A DNA stretch of 64,000 nt, taken from positions 62,001 to 126,000 of IMG/VR virus record IMGVR_UViG_3300028654_000384, one strand, 5' to 3'. The stretch's first letter is position 1, and each line of letters opens with the position of its first letter. The translations under genes and the position numbers were made by a program. This document shows, piece by piece, positions 1 to 10,800 of the stretch. The notes beneath the pieces are model-generated. The model was not told where the DNA came from and made no database searches. It was given only the letters and a program-made list of their open reading frames with translations.

Positions 1-923
1 TTGCGGCGCGCATCATCCCGGAACGTTTCTTGCCCAAGATGGTGACCGACAAGGACGCCGCCGTCCGCGCCGCCGTCGCCATGCGGGTGCCCATGCCCGC
101 GGTTCGCGAGATGATGAAGCGCTTCAAGCACGACGACCAACTACGTGCCATCTATCGCCAACGCAAGCAGGCGCTGCACGAGGCGGGCATCAGCCCACCC
201 AAGGCAGAACCCCTGGGCCATGACCCTGTCGACGGTGCAGAGCGAATGGGCGACGTGGCCCGGACGGCCGAAGGCCCCGAATTGAGCGATGCATGGTACG
301 ACGAACAGGCCCGCCTCTTCATTCACGACTACGCTCGAGCCGAGGCCAATGATCAGCATGCCCGGTTGCTCGATCGGGGGTGGGCATCGCTCGTCGTCCG
401 CCGCTTCTGTGCCAGCACCAAGGCGACGGCGCACGTTGAGATCGATGCAGAGAAGTTGCTGAAGCACGTCAACGACCTGATGGAAGAGAAGGACGATCGG
501 ACGCTGGAACGCGACGCGATGAAGGAGACCCTGGCGTGGTTGGGTGCGCAGGACATCAATGAGTCGGCACTGCCTGAATTCCACGAGATCATCGATCCCG
601 TCCGTGCACTGCTGGAGGCCAACCTGTCGCAGGAACAGTACGTCGCCGAGGCGCTGAAGCTGTTCAACGTCAAGCGGTCGGAGCTGCCCAAGGGCATCCG
701 CAAGTACTGCCTGGGTGAGGCCAACCTGCGGGTGACGTTGGTGCCGTGCCTGGGTAGCCTGCCGCACCAGCACGGTTTCCGCGCCGTCGACGAGCGTGCC
801 CTCGACAAGTTCTGTGAGTCGTGGAACGACGGCCAAGCGCTGGTCGGCGAGCCCTTCGTCCTCAACTGGGGACCTCACCAGGGCGATGCATCGAAGGTCA
901 ACTTTACCGTCACCCTGAAGTAA
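1..923 (+). CDS. Hypothetical protein, probably 5'-truncated by the window edge
   Basis: ORF 30..923 stays open in frame back to the window start; codon usage matches neighbours. Confidence 0.7.
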   Translation, partial: AARIIPERFLPKMVTDKDAAVRAAVAMRVPMPAVREMMKRFKHDDQLRAIYRQRKQALHEAGISPPKAEPLGHDPVDGAERMGDVARTAEGPELSDAWYDEQARLFIHDYARAEANDQHARLLDRGWASLVVRRFCASTKATAHVEIDAEKLLKHVNDLMEEKDDRTLERDAMKETLAWLGAQDINESALPEFHEIIDPVRALLEANLSQEQYVAEALKLFNVKRSELPKGIRKYCLGEANLRVTLVPCLGSLPHQHGFRAVDERALDKFCESWNDGQALVGEPFVLNWGPHQGDASKVNFTVTLK

Positions 924-932
924 GATCTTGAG

Positions 933-1415
933 ATGCAGACGACGCTCGGCAAGCTGAAGTACGTGATCAGCGAGGTGCTTGAGGCCAACCAGGTGCTCAA
1001 TCGCCTGCGTGCCGTTGCTGCTGGCAAGAAGCCCTACATGGTGGGCCAGTGGGCGACGGTGCCCCGAGATTATTCACAGCCCAGCGTGGGCGTCGCTAGT
1101 TGTTGGGTTGCCGAAGACCCCGAGTTGGGCAAGGTGTACCTGACGTTTAGCTCACACATCACCTACAAGAAGGTCAAGAACAGTCGCCTGCGCGATCCCG
1201 GCGGCACCCGCTATGCCTACACCGCGATCCTGTCGTCGCACCCGTGGGAGACGTTTGAGAACCACGGCAATGTGCCTGTCTTCAAGCTGGCGGCGACGGG
1301 TGAAGGCCGCGAGGACGACAAAGCACTGCAGGCGCGCAAGCAGATGGTGAAGCTGTTCGGCGTCGACCCGATGGCCCACAGGGGCCCACTTGAACCGACG
1401 GAGACACGAAGATGA
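933..1415 (+). CDS. Hypothetical protein with N-terminal LKxxIxE tag (putative virion-targeted)
   Basis: Starts MQTTLGKLKYVISEVLE. Confidence 0.75.
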   Translation: MQTTLGKLKYVISEVLEANQVLNRLRAVAAGKKPYMVGQWATVPRDYSQPSVGVASCWVAEDPELGKVYLTFSSHITYKKVKNSRLRDPGGTRYAYTAILSSHPWETFENHGNVPVFKLAATGEGREDDKALQARKQMVKLFGVDPMAHRGPLEPTETRR

Positions 1416-1747
1416 AGACGACAATCAGCAAGCTGAAGCAGTTGATCAACGAGCACCTGTTGGTCGAGGTACCCGTTGGATCCGGCATGCGCAAGCCGCA
1501 GTTCGGCCTGTCGTCGGGAGGCGGTGGTCTCAGGCCCGCCAAGTTCGATCCTGCAGTGCACGATCTCAAGGACGTCATGTGGGCCGTCATGGACGAGTTT
1601 GCGGGCGTTGCCTCTGACCTCGGTGTCGACGACATCAAGGATCCCGCCTTCATCGGTTACATCGGCGATCAGTTGACTGATAAGGGTGTGCCCAACGACA
1701 TCATCCTGCAGGTCAAGGCCAAGCTGCAACGCGGGCAGTCGCGTTAG
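1412..1747 (+). CDS. Hypothetical protein with N-terminal LKxxIxE tag
   Basis: Starts MKTTISKLKQLINEHLL; ATGA overlap with upstream gene. Confidence 0.75.
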   Translation: MKTTISKLKQLINEHLLVEVPVGSGMRKPQFGLSSGGGGLRPAKFDPAVHDLKDVMWAVMDEFAGVASDLGVDDIKDPAFIGYIGDQLTDKGVPNDIILQVKAKLQRGQSR

Positions 1748-1749
1748 GG

Positions 1750-1778
1750 TTGAACATCACGTGCAGTGTGTGTAAGAT
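1750..1778 (+). promoter_or_regulatory. Sigma70-type promoter
   Basis: TTGAAC-17 nt-TAAGAT with TG extension, upstream of 1802 ORF. Confidence 0.75.
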
Positions 1779-1801
1779 CATGAACGTGGGGAGGGCAGCA
1801 C

Positions 1802-2137
1802 ATGATCAATGAATTGTCACAGGCGAGGTTGTCGCCCGAGAGTGATGCGTACAAGCGCGTCTATGACCTGCTCGAGGAACACACAGTCTCGTGGGTGACT
1901 GACGCGTGGAAGAAGAACCCCACGCTCGATGCCATTCAACAGCAACCGCTGTACAAAGTGACGCTTGAACAGGTGTTGAATGCGCCCAACGGGCGTAGTC
2001 TAAATCCACAAAAAGTACGTGCTCACCTGGCGCTTCGTGATCAATTCGTGGTGTTGGCAGTCAATGGTGTTGAGGTTTGCGTGTTCGGTGAAGTTGCTGA
2101 TCAGATCTTCAATGCGTTGGCCGAACATGCGACCTGA
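1802..2137 (+). CDS. Hypothetical protein
   Basis: ORF downstream of promoter and GGAGGG ribosome site. Confidence 0.7.
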   Translation: MINELSQARLSPESDAYKRVYDLLEEHTVSWVTDAWKKNPTLDAIQQQPLYKVTLEQVLNAPNGRSLNPQKVRAHLALRDQFVVLAVNGVEVCVFGEVADQIFNALAEHAT

Positions 2138-2330
2138 TCTTGGTGACATTATTCGGTACAAGTTGGGAATGACAAAGGTGAACGGAGAGTGGGTCGAAGA
2201 GCTTAGTGATGATTTTGGAACTGTTATTTCGGTTAGCGATAATGACATCGGAGTGTTTTGGAGCGTTACTCAACGCATTGAACATCACTCTCCGGGTGAT
2301 CTAGTTGTAGTCGTTCGACGATCCAAGTGA
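2127..2330 (+). CDS. Small SH3-like hypothetical protein
   Basis: MRPDLGDIIRY...GTVISV...WS pattern of small beta-barrel phage proteins; AT-richer. Confidence 0.5.
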   Translation: MRPDLGDIIRYKLGMTKVNGEWVEELSDDFGTVISVSDNDIGVFWSVTQRIEHHSPGDLVVVVRRSK

Positions 2331-2336
2331 AGTGCG

Positions 2337-2618
2337 TTAGTTGAAGCGATCGACGACGTTGCCGTCCCGGTCGACGACCAGCCCCGCCTTGTCGAGTGCC
2401 AGCCCGATGGCGTGCTCGCTCGCACCCAGCCAGCTGACCAGCTCATCGAACGACACCTTGCCCGGTGTCACCCCCTTGGGATCCGTCTTGCGCTTGTTGC
2501 GCAGCGAGCTGACGTAGAGGTCTTCCCACGTCGTCCGCACTTCGTCGGGCGACGGCACCCGCTCGATGTCAATGCTCTCATGGATCAATGAGCGCAGGTG
2601 TTTGACTGTCGTCCGCAT
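2337..2618 (-). CDS. Hypothetical protein with N-terminal LRxxIxE tag
   Basis: True start MRTTVKHLRSLIHESID overlaps the TGA of the upstream minus-strand gene. Confidence 0.75.
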   Translation of the reverse strand: MRTTVKHLRSLIHESIDIERVPSPDEVRTTWEDLYVSSLRNKRKTDPKGVTPGKVSFDELVSWLGASEHAIGLALDKAGLVVDRDGNVVDRFN

Positions 2619-3502
2619 CAGATCTCGCCGTGCTTCTTCATGTTCCACGCCACGGCATACGGGTTCTCGACGCCTTTCTGCTTCTTGAGGGCCTTGACGA
2701 CCTTCTTGCCTCCGGGCGGCGCCACTTCGTCGACCTTCGACCGCTTGTGTTTGGGGTGAGAAGTGCCTGCGGGCATGTTCGACGTGAAGTCCTCGGCACC
2801 GTAGACGATTGACGAACTCTCGTCCGTCAACTTGGCGTCCGCCTTCGGTCGCGCACAGTCTGGGCAGGTGCAGCCGGCGGCATGGCCCGGGTGGCGTGCG
2901 GGGCCGTCGCTTTCCTTGACGGCGCGCTTGGCGCGCTTGGGTTTTTCGCCTGAGCCACCGCACTTCGGGCACTTCTTGGTGTTTCCCGGCTTGTTTGATG
3001 GAGCGAACCCACCACCGTTACACGTCGGACACACGTCTTCGTCGGGTTCGTACGTGGCAACGCCGTATTTGCCTTCGGCCATGTCGGGCGGCGTCCCCAT
3101 CCGTCCGCACTGGGTGCACGTCGACTCGTCCATGCCCATCAGGCCCCCGCACGATTCGCAGGTGGGCTTGTTGATGGGTCCGGGCGTCAGGTCTTCGGCG
3201 ATCGCACCAGTCGCTCGCACATCTTCTTCGCGTACCTCGATGTCCCCCGCCGCGGTCGACACCTTGTACCAGAGCTGACTGCGTTGTTTCTTGCCCCCCG
3301 GCCGGCCGGGGCCGAACATGTGTGAGGTGACCTGACCAGCAACGCGTGCACCGTTGCGCTTGACCATGACGGGTGTTCCTGGTGCGAGGATCGCCCCTCC
3401 CCCGTGTGAGTCATAACTCTCCGTGATGGGTTCACCGAACCTCTCGAGCAGTGACTTCATGATCTTGGCAACGGCGTGTTCACTGAGGGGTTGGCGAGGC
3501 AT
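2618..3502 (-). CDS. Modular Cys-rich (zinc-finger) putative internal head protein
   Basis: CxxC pairs (CESC/CTQC, CPTC/CPKC, CTCPDC), C-terminal EVAPPG..VKALKK..NPYAVAW module, TACTTA upstream. Confidence 0.6.
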   Translation of the reverse strand: MPRQPLSEHAVAKIMKSLLERFGEPITESYDSHGGGAILAPGTPVMVKRNGARVAGQVTSHMFGPGRPGGKKQRSQLWYKVSTAAGDIEVREEDVRATGAIAEDLTPGPINKPTCESCGGLMGMDESTCTQCGRMGTPPDMAEGKYGVATYEPDEDVCPTCNGGGFAPSNKPGNTKKCPKCGGSGEKPKRAKRAVKESDGPARHPGHAAGCTCPDCARPKADAKLTDESSSIVYGAEDFTSNMPAGTSHPKHKRSKVDEVAPPGGKKVVKALKKQKGVENPYAVAWNMKKHGEI

Positions 3503-3543
3503 GTCGTTAAGTATTCACGTCGTGCCCATGTGGGCACGCATCT

Positions 3544-3572
3544 CTGAACACGGGCGCGGGTGATGATAGAAT
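3544..3572 (+). promoter_or_regulatory. Sigma70-type promoter, leaderless transcript
   Basis: CTGAAC-17 nt-TAGAAT, ATG 6 nt downstream. Confidence 0.7.
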
Positions 3573-3578
3573 TGACCC

Positions 3579-3959
3579 ATGGCAAAGCGTAAGGGTTATC
3601 GGCCCCGTCACCTGTTGGTCAAGGACTTCACCACGATCCTCTTTGCTCACGACCTGATGGGTTTGACGGGCTTGGGCTGTCCCACTGACGAGTACGAGAG
3701 CGAGGCGCTGAGCATCGTCGCCCGGATGACGGAGACACAGATGCTCGATGCGGCGTCAGGTGCGTCGGCTGAGGATGCGCTGGCAGTGACCCTCCACATC
3801 ATCAGGGACGTCTTCGAACTGTGGTTCGGCACCATCGTCGACGGGGCGAAGGCCCTTGACTTGGCCCGAGTGTTATTGGCTGAGCACGTGGCATCGTACC
3901 CCGCGTCTAAGAAGAAGACGGCACCCGTGGCTGATACGAGCCCTGAATCAGGTGTATGA
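3579..3959 (+). CDS. Hypothetical protein
   Basis: ORF directly after promoter; DEYESEA motif. Confidence 0.7.
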   Translation: MAKRKGYRPRHLLVKDFTTILFAHDLMGLTGLGCPTDEYESEALSIVARMTETQMLDAASGASAEDALAVTLHIIRDVFELWFGTIVDGAKALDLARVLLAEHVASYPASKKKTAPVADTSPESGV

Positions 3960-4969
3960 TCTGTGACATGAGCCGCAATGTCTTGATCACGGGTGCAGCG
4001 GGGTTTGTCGGCAGTCACCTGTGCAAACACTACCTCGATGCGGGTGACAGAGTCTGGGGCATCGACAACTTCTGCTCGTCAGACGAGCACTCTGAACACT
4101 TGGCGGCACTGAAGGCCCACTCGAACTTCACTTTCTCCATGGCTGATGTTACCGATGATCACCAAGACTGGTTTTCAATCTTTGAATTTAACATGGATAA
4201 TGTCAAGTTCGACCTCATCTTAAATTTCGCGTGTCCCGCCTCTCCTCCGTCATACCAAGACATGCCGGTTTTGACGATGATGACGTGCACACAGGGTACC
4301 GCAAACGTGCTCGACCTGGCAGATGAACACGGTGCCGTCGTCGTCCACGCATCGACCAGTGAGGTGTACGGTGAGCCGCTGGTGTCACCGCAACGCGAAG
4401 ACTATAGAGGAAATGTAAATCCGTATGGGCCTCGGGCTTGTTACGACGAGGGTAAACGTGCTGCCGAAGCGCTGTGCTACGACTACTTGCACATGTACGG
4501 CGTCGATGCGCGTGTGGTTCGGGTGTTCAACACTTATGGGCCGCACCTCGATCAGCACGACGGCCGTGTCATCAGCAACTTCATCAGGCAAGCGTTGCAG
4601 GGTGAACCACTGACGGTGTATGGGCACGGCCAGCAGGGGCGGTCGTTCTGCTACGTTGATGACTTGGTGCGTGGCATCGTCGCGGTGGGTGACCTGCCTG
4701 CGAACCCGCAGGGACCCATCAACCTCGGCAACCCTAATGAATACAGGGTGATTGAGCTGGCGACGAGGGTGCTTGAGAAGGTCGGTGCACTTGAACGGCA
4801 CCGCTTGCGCGGCGATCAAATCATCCACAAGCCCATGCCCATCGACGACCCGACGCAGAGGTGCCCCGACATCACGCGGGCCAAAGAGCTGCTCGGGTGG
4901 GAGCCACGGGTTGGGCTCGACGAGGGCCTAGATCGAACGATAGGCTACTTTCGGCGCGTCGTCAGGTGA
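3956..4969 (+). CDS. uxs: UDP-glucuronate decarboxylase (UDP-xylose synthase)-like extended SDR
   Basis: TGAAGFVGSHL, ACPASPP, STSEVYG, VNPYGPRACYDEGKR, DGRVISNFIRQALQGEPLTVYG closely follow UXS1-family motifs. Confidence 0.85.
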   Translation: MICDMSRNVLITGAAGFVGSHLCKHYLDAGDRVWGIDNFCSSDEHSEHLAALKAHSNFTFSMADVTDDHQDWFSIFEFNMDNVKFDLILNFACPASPPSYQDMPVLTMMTCTQGTANVLDLADEHGAVVVHASTSEVYGEPLVSPQREDYRGNVNPYGPRACYDEGKRAAEALCYDYLHMYGVDARVVRVFNTYGPHLDQHDGRVISNFIRQALQGEPLTVYGHGQQGRSFCYVDDLVRGIVAVGDLPANPQGPINLGNPNEYRVIELATRVLEKVGALERHRLRGDQIIHKPMPIDDPTQRCPDITRAKELLGWEPRVGLDEGLDRTIGYFRRVVR

Positions 4970-5015
4970 GTTCTCCGCACGTGGGTGATACTTAACCACG
5001 AAGGAATTCATCACC

Positions 5016-5456
5016 ATGACGATCGATCCGGTTCAAGTAGCCGCGTATGTTACCGCTGGCGCACTCGCTGCGACGAAGTTGTTTAGTGCGTTTCAACCAC
5101 TGTGGCAAAAACTGCCGCGGTGGCTCGCTGTCGCCTTCCCGATCCTCGTGTTGGATCTTCCGCAGGTTGCCGTCTACTTCGGCCATACTGCCACGACGGG
5201 ATCGCTATCGACAGCGTTGATCGCTTCACTCGCCTTGCTCGTCCCGGGCGTCGCTGAGGCTGAACTTACGCCGCAGCAGGTGACCGCCGCGAAAATCGCT
5301 GCGATTAAATCTGCCGCATCTGACACCGCCGACGCTGCCCAAGCGACGAAAGACGCCCACGCAATGCCCGTGGGTGAAGGCGCACCGATGCCGGCGACTG
5401 TTGCTACGGGTGTCACGGGCACCGCCACTGTCGTGGTGACGCCGCCGAAGGCATAA
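5016..5456 (+). CDS. Membrane protein (holin-like?)
   Basis: Several hydrophobic segments, Ala/Thr-rich tail, TACTTA at 4989. Confidence 0.55.
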   Translation: MTIDPVQVAAYVTAGALAATKLFSAFQPLWQKLPRWLAVAFPILVLDLPQVAVYFGHTATTGSLSTALIASLALLVPGVAEAELTPQQVTAAKIAAIKSAASDTADAAQATKDAHAMPVGEGAPMPATVATGVTGTATVVVTPPKA

Positions 5457-5484
5457 GTTCTTACGTAGAGAGTTTGTTGTTGTG

Positions 5485-5502
5485 TGGTCTCGAAAGAGAC
5501 CA
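5485..5502 (+). terminator. Perfect 7-bp hairpin with GAAA loop, possible terminator
   Basis: TGGTCTC-GAAA-GAGACCA after the 5016 gene; lacks a clear U-tract. Confidence 0.45.
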
Positions 5503-5539
5503 TTCGACGTTAAGGGCGTAGAGTGTTGTACTATGTACA

Positions 5540-6054
5540 ATGAGCCTAAGCATCGAACGTGGTCATGAGTTTGAAAGTAATATGTTTCCCGCCGGCATTG
5601 GTGCAGCTTATGGCATTGTGATGGAAATTGATTCTAGCTCTACTCCCGATCGAATCACTGGAAAGTGGTTGATTGGTGACAAACTGCGTAATTTCTGTGC
5701 TGTTGCGCACAATGAATTTCACCTTCATCATCCTCAATCTGAAATTGGACTGAGTAGGGCGAAGACTATTGGCCAGTGCGACTTTCTGGGTATTGACACA
5801 GTCGGCGTTGTCTCAATGTGGTATGAACAGGAAAAGTGAGGAGAAAATACATGACGAAAAGTTACATATCAGATGTTGATGCGCAACAAGGTGACTTCTA
5901 TGAAGACACTGAACATCGCGTGTATAAGTGTGTCGCAAGGTGCGGCATCACTGTGACGGAAGGAAAGACATCATACACAACTTCATGGGAGTGCGTGTCA
6001 AAGGATGTTGATCTTGCGCCCGTGGGGCATATGAAACAAACTTCACGGCGCTGA
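5540..6054 (+). CDS. Two small AT-rich hypothetical ORFs (5540-5839, 5851-6054)
   Basis: ORF track; GAGGAG ribosome site before 5851; lower GC than flanks. Confidence 0.55.
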
Positions 6055-6504
6055 CGAAAAATTAACGACCTACGGGGCGCACAATTTCTTGGGCACCCCA
6101 TAGATCTGGTTAGATGGTCGTGGCTAGCGCTTAAGCAGAGCGCGCAGCACGATGATCAAAACCAGTAGTGTCTGTAGGTTGTGAATCACGGTGTGTCTCC
6201 TTTCTCGAAGGTGGGAGAAATATCAGGTCAACGGATGGTGCCGTTGACCTGATGCGTTTGTGGGGAACTATTGCCTTCACAGATCGTAAATAGGTGATGG
6301 TTGTCGTATAATACATGTTGGGATGCCTCGTCATGTTCACGAATTTTCTGTGGGCGGTTTGTGGGCACAGATAACCATTCACATTGATACGTATTCACTC
6401 ATGCAACAATCCGCTTTCCGTGATACGGGTGCACACAGTGATGATCATTCAATGATGTTTGTGCGAAGTGATCTTCTCCACCTCTCCATTGTACGATCCC
6501 ACCC

Positions 6505-7352
6505 ATGCCCAGCGATTACTTGGTCGTGACTGACGCAGAACGTGAAAACGCACGCCGCAAGGCGGAGATCATGGCCGCCAACATCATCCGTCGGGGCTGT
6601 GCAGGGGACCGCTCGCGCGTGACGGTAGAAAGTGACTGCAACCGTGGCCTCATCGTCGAACAGCTCCGCAATCGAGGCGATGAGGCCTGGTGGAACGATC
6701 ACTGGGAGAAAGCACAAGTGGTCGGCGATGACGGAGGCATTGACACCCGCGATGGGACTGACCTCAAGGTTATCAGGCCAGGCAATCGCTTCGTGTTTGT
6801 GAAGCGTCGCAGTGCCCGCGCGGAGAACTATGAGGCCTGGGAACTCGACGATGAGTGCATTTTTGCGAGGCGCATGGGCACCTTCACTCGCGGCGACATT
6901 CGCGACAACATCTGGGGCGGTGTCAGCGGTGTCCTCGTCAGTGACCTGAAGTAGTGACCTTCTCCGCCTTTCCGTGGTACAGTCTACTCATGCCCAATGA
7001 CGACGGCTCCGACGCAGGCCTCCGCCGCACCCACCTCCTCTACGAACTGTTGATCACCGAGCTCATTGTCGGCAGGAATACGATCGCCGATGAATTGACG
7101 AAGTCTAAACTCGACCAAGATCCCTACTACCTGATGGGCCAAGCCTCCCTCAACGTCGCCCTGCACAGCGCTGCGTCGGCGTTGGAGGATAGCGGCCTGA
7201 TCGACGAGGATTCGATGCGGTGCCGTGACTGCGGCATGCGCTTCGTCGACCACGATGAGGATACGCACAACGAAGACTTGCCCGAGATTCCGGGTGCAGC
7301 GACTTCGCCCGAGGGTTCTGCTCCCACCAAGCCGCCGAGCAAGCTGAACTGA
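6505..7352 (+). CDS. Two hypothetical proteins (6505-6954, 6990-7352)
   Basis: ORF track; second has TGG-TACAGT -10 just upstream of ATG 6990. Confidence 0.6.
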
Positions 7353-7861
7353 TGTCTTGTGTTGTTTACGTCATTACCAATCGCGTCAATGGCAAACGAT
7401 ACGTTGGGAAAACGATCCACCAAACTACAAGGTGGGCAACCCATGTCAGGGCGGCATTTACAAGTGGGTCACAATATGCGATTCATCGCGCGATCCGTAA
7501 ACACGGAAAAGAGAATTTTGACTTTCAGGTCGTCAGTGAGCACGCCACTGAAGAGGAAGCGTTTATCGAAGAAACTCGGTTGATCCGAGAGTTGAATACG
7601 ACTAAACTGGGCTACAATATGAACGAGGGTGGGAAAGGTGGTATTTCACCGACCGAAGAGGTCAGACAAAAAATCGTTCTAAAAGCCACTGGTCGGAAGC
7701 AAAGCGCTGAACAACGACAACAGGAGAGTGAACGGACGACCGGATCAGGAAACCCGATGTACGGTCGTAAACAGAAGCCTGAAACGCTTGAGAAGATGCG
7801 TATCAAACGTCTTGAATATTGGGCGAAGCGACGAGCTGAACGTACGTCTAAGGTACAATAA
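7352..7861 (+). mobile_element. Free-standing GIY-YIG homing endonuclease with NUMOD3-like repeats
   Basis: VYVITNRVNGKRYVGKT, E..LI....T...GYN, GSGNPMYGRKQ; AT-rich; abuts dnaE. Confidence 0.85.
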
Positions 7862-7864
7862 AAC

Positions 7865-10800
7865 ATGTCACGCGTTCCGAAGAAGTTTGTTGGTCTACAC
7901 GCTCATACAGGGTTTAGTCCCTTCGATGGACTTGGGTATCCGGATGAACACTTCATCTGGTGCATGGAAAACGGTTTGGACGCGCATACTATCACGGACC
8001 ATGGTAACTGCTCTGCTTATGCGCATGCCATGCTCTGGGCAGAAAAGTGGAACACTGAGCACAAAGACAAGCCCTTCAAGTATATTCCCGGCGTCGAGGC
8101 GTACTTTCATCCCGATTTGGCGCAATGGTCTCGAGATAAGGCCGCCGCTGATCAAGCCACCATCGACAAGGCCGCCGCCAAGAAGCTACGCACCAAGCTC
8201 GAGATCCTGCAGACCAAGCTCGTCGTCAATACTGACGGCGATGACGAGTCGGAGTCAATTGAAGTCTCCAACGCCCTCACGCTTGAGGACGAGTCAGAAT
8301 CGAAGAGCACCAAGCACTTCAATCCTGTCAATCGTCGGCATCACCTCGTGCTACTACCCAAGAACCCTGCTGGTCTACTGAAGATCTTCGGTCTGGTGTC
8401 GCAGAGCTATTTGACCGGATTTTACCGTTTCCCGAGGCTTGATGCCAAGATGCTGCGGGAAGCCTGTAAGGAAGGCAACATCATTGCCTCGTCTGCCTGC
8501 ATTGCGGGTCAGCCTGCATACAGCGTCTTTCAAGAGGTGCAGAAGCTGAAGTTCGACGACCTAAACCAGGCGTTGCTCGACGATCCTACCACACTGGAGA
8601 AGTGCATCACTGGTGTCGGTAACACTTACGACCTGATGACGTCGGTGCTGGGCGAAGGCAATTACTACCTCGAATTGCAGTTCAATAAACTACCCGCACA
8701 GAACCTCGTCAATCGAGCCATCATCGAGTTCGCTCGCCGAGCAGGCGTCACCAAGCAACTTATCGTCACCGCCGACTCCCACTATCCACGGCCAGAGCTG
8801 TGGAAAGAGCGCGAGCTGTACAAGAAGCTCGGCTGGATGAATGCGAAGGGAATCGACGCCGATTCGCTGCCCAAGTCGAGGGACGAGCTGAAGTGTGAGC
8901 TGTACCCGAAGAACGCATCGCAGGTGTGGGATGAGTACCTGCGCTCGAAGGTGGGGACGTCGTTCTATGATGACGATCTCGTCGCTGATGCAATTGAACG
9001 CACTCACGACATCGCCCACCAAGTCATCGGCCCGGTGCCGCCCGATCGGTCACCCAAGTTTCCGAATGAGCGGCTGATCCCGAAGGGCACCAAGTCGTTC
9101 GATCACCTCGTCAAACTGTGCAAGGAGGGCCTGACCAAGAGGGGATTGCAGGACAAGCCTGCCTACGTTGAGCGGTTGAAGGAGGAGCTGGGCGTCATCA
9201 AGGCGATGAAGAATGCCGACTATTTCGTGTCATACCAGAAAATCATGGAGTTGGCGCGAAAAGTGGTACTATGTGGGCCTGGGAGAGGCAGTGGTGGTGG
9301 AAGTCTCGTCGCCTACGTGCTCTACATCACTGACCTCGACCCGTTGAGGTGGGAGCTCCCATTTTCTCGCTTTCTCTCGATCTACAGGAAAGGTGCGCCG
9401 GACATCGACAGCGATCTCGCCGATCGCGACAAGGTGCTCGAGCAACTACGCAACTTCTTCGGCTTTGAGAACGTCGTCCCGATCAGCAACTACAACACCT
9501 TCAAGCTGAAGACGCTGGTCAAGGACATCGGCAAGTTCTACAGCGTGCCCTTCGAGGAGACCAATGCAGCAACAAGGACAGTGGAAGACGAAGTTCGCAA
9601 GGCAACGATGAAGGAAAGCGACGACAAGAACCTTTTCACACTGACTTTTGATGATGCGATGTTGTATAGCCCGTCGTTCAAGGCCTTCATCGACAAGTAC
9701 CCGCAGGTCGCCGAGAGCATCAAGATCCTGTTCAAGCAAAATCGTAGTTTAGGACGTCATGCTGGAGGTGTTCTCATAACTGATGACCTGCCTAACAAGA
9801 TGCCGCTGGTCGCTAGTCACGGTGAACCTCAATCGCCCTGGGTAGAAGGCGTGGGATTTAAACATTTAGAATATATTGGTGCGTTTCTTAAGTACGATCT
9901 CTTGGGTCTTGAAACTTTGCGCTATATCGAGCGCGCAATTGAGTTGATCCTGATCAAGGAAGGCAATCCCAAGCCCACCTTTCCCGACATCAAGGCGTGG
10001 TACGACGCCCACATGGCACCCGATGTCATTGACTTCAACGACCAGAAGGTCTACGAGGTCTATGCCGAAGGCAAGTGGTCGGGCATCTTTCAATGTACGG
10101 GTCAAGGCGCCCAACGCCTGTTCAAGAAGGCTAAGCCCAAGTCGATCATCGACATCGCCGCCTTGACGTCGATCTATCGTCCCGGCCCATTGGCCGCCCA
10201 CGTCGACAAGCTGTGGTTGGAGCACGAGCACACACCCTACGATTGGGGTCACCCGCTGATCAATGAGACACTGAAAGAAACGCGAGGATTGTTGGTTTTT
10301 CAGGAATCTGTGATGGCTCTCGTCAACAAGGTCGCCGGCTTTCCCATGGCCGAGACCGACGAAGTGCGCCGTGCCATCATGAAGCGCAGCATCTCGGGAG
10401 GTGAGGCCGCCAAGAAGAAGGTGAAGGAGCTCGAGGACAGCATTGTCTCCGGCGCGGTCAAGAACGGCGTGCCTGAAGCGACAGCTCGCAAGATGTACGA
10501 GACGATATGTTTCATGAGCGGCTATGGGTTCAATCGCGCCCACGCGTGTGGGTATAGCATTGTCTCGTACTGGTGCGCGTGGATGCTGACCCACCACGAG
10601 GAACAGTGGCTGTGCGCCTACCTCGAGGCGATGTCGACGACCCCCGACAAGCGCGCCAAGGCCTTCGGCGAGGTCAAGGCCCTGGGCTACCAGATCGTGC
10701 CCATCGACATCAACCACGCGCAGTTGGGGTGGACGGTGCTGCCCGGCAAGAAGCTGATGCCGTCGATGACGTCGGTCAAGGGGGTGGGTGACTCCGCCGT

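Noticed and set aside
5485-5502. Inverted BsaI sites suggesting a synthetic construct
   Set aside because: A single natural-looking GAAA-loop hairpin at a gene end, with no other vector features.
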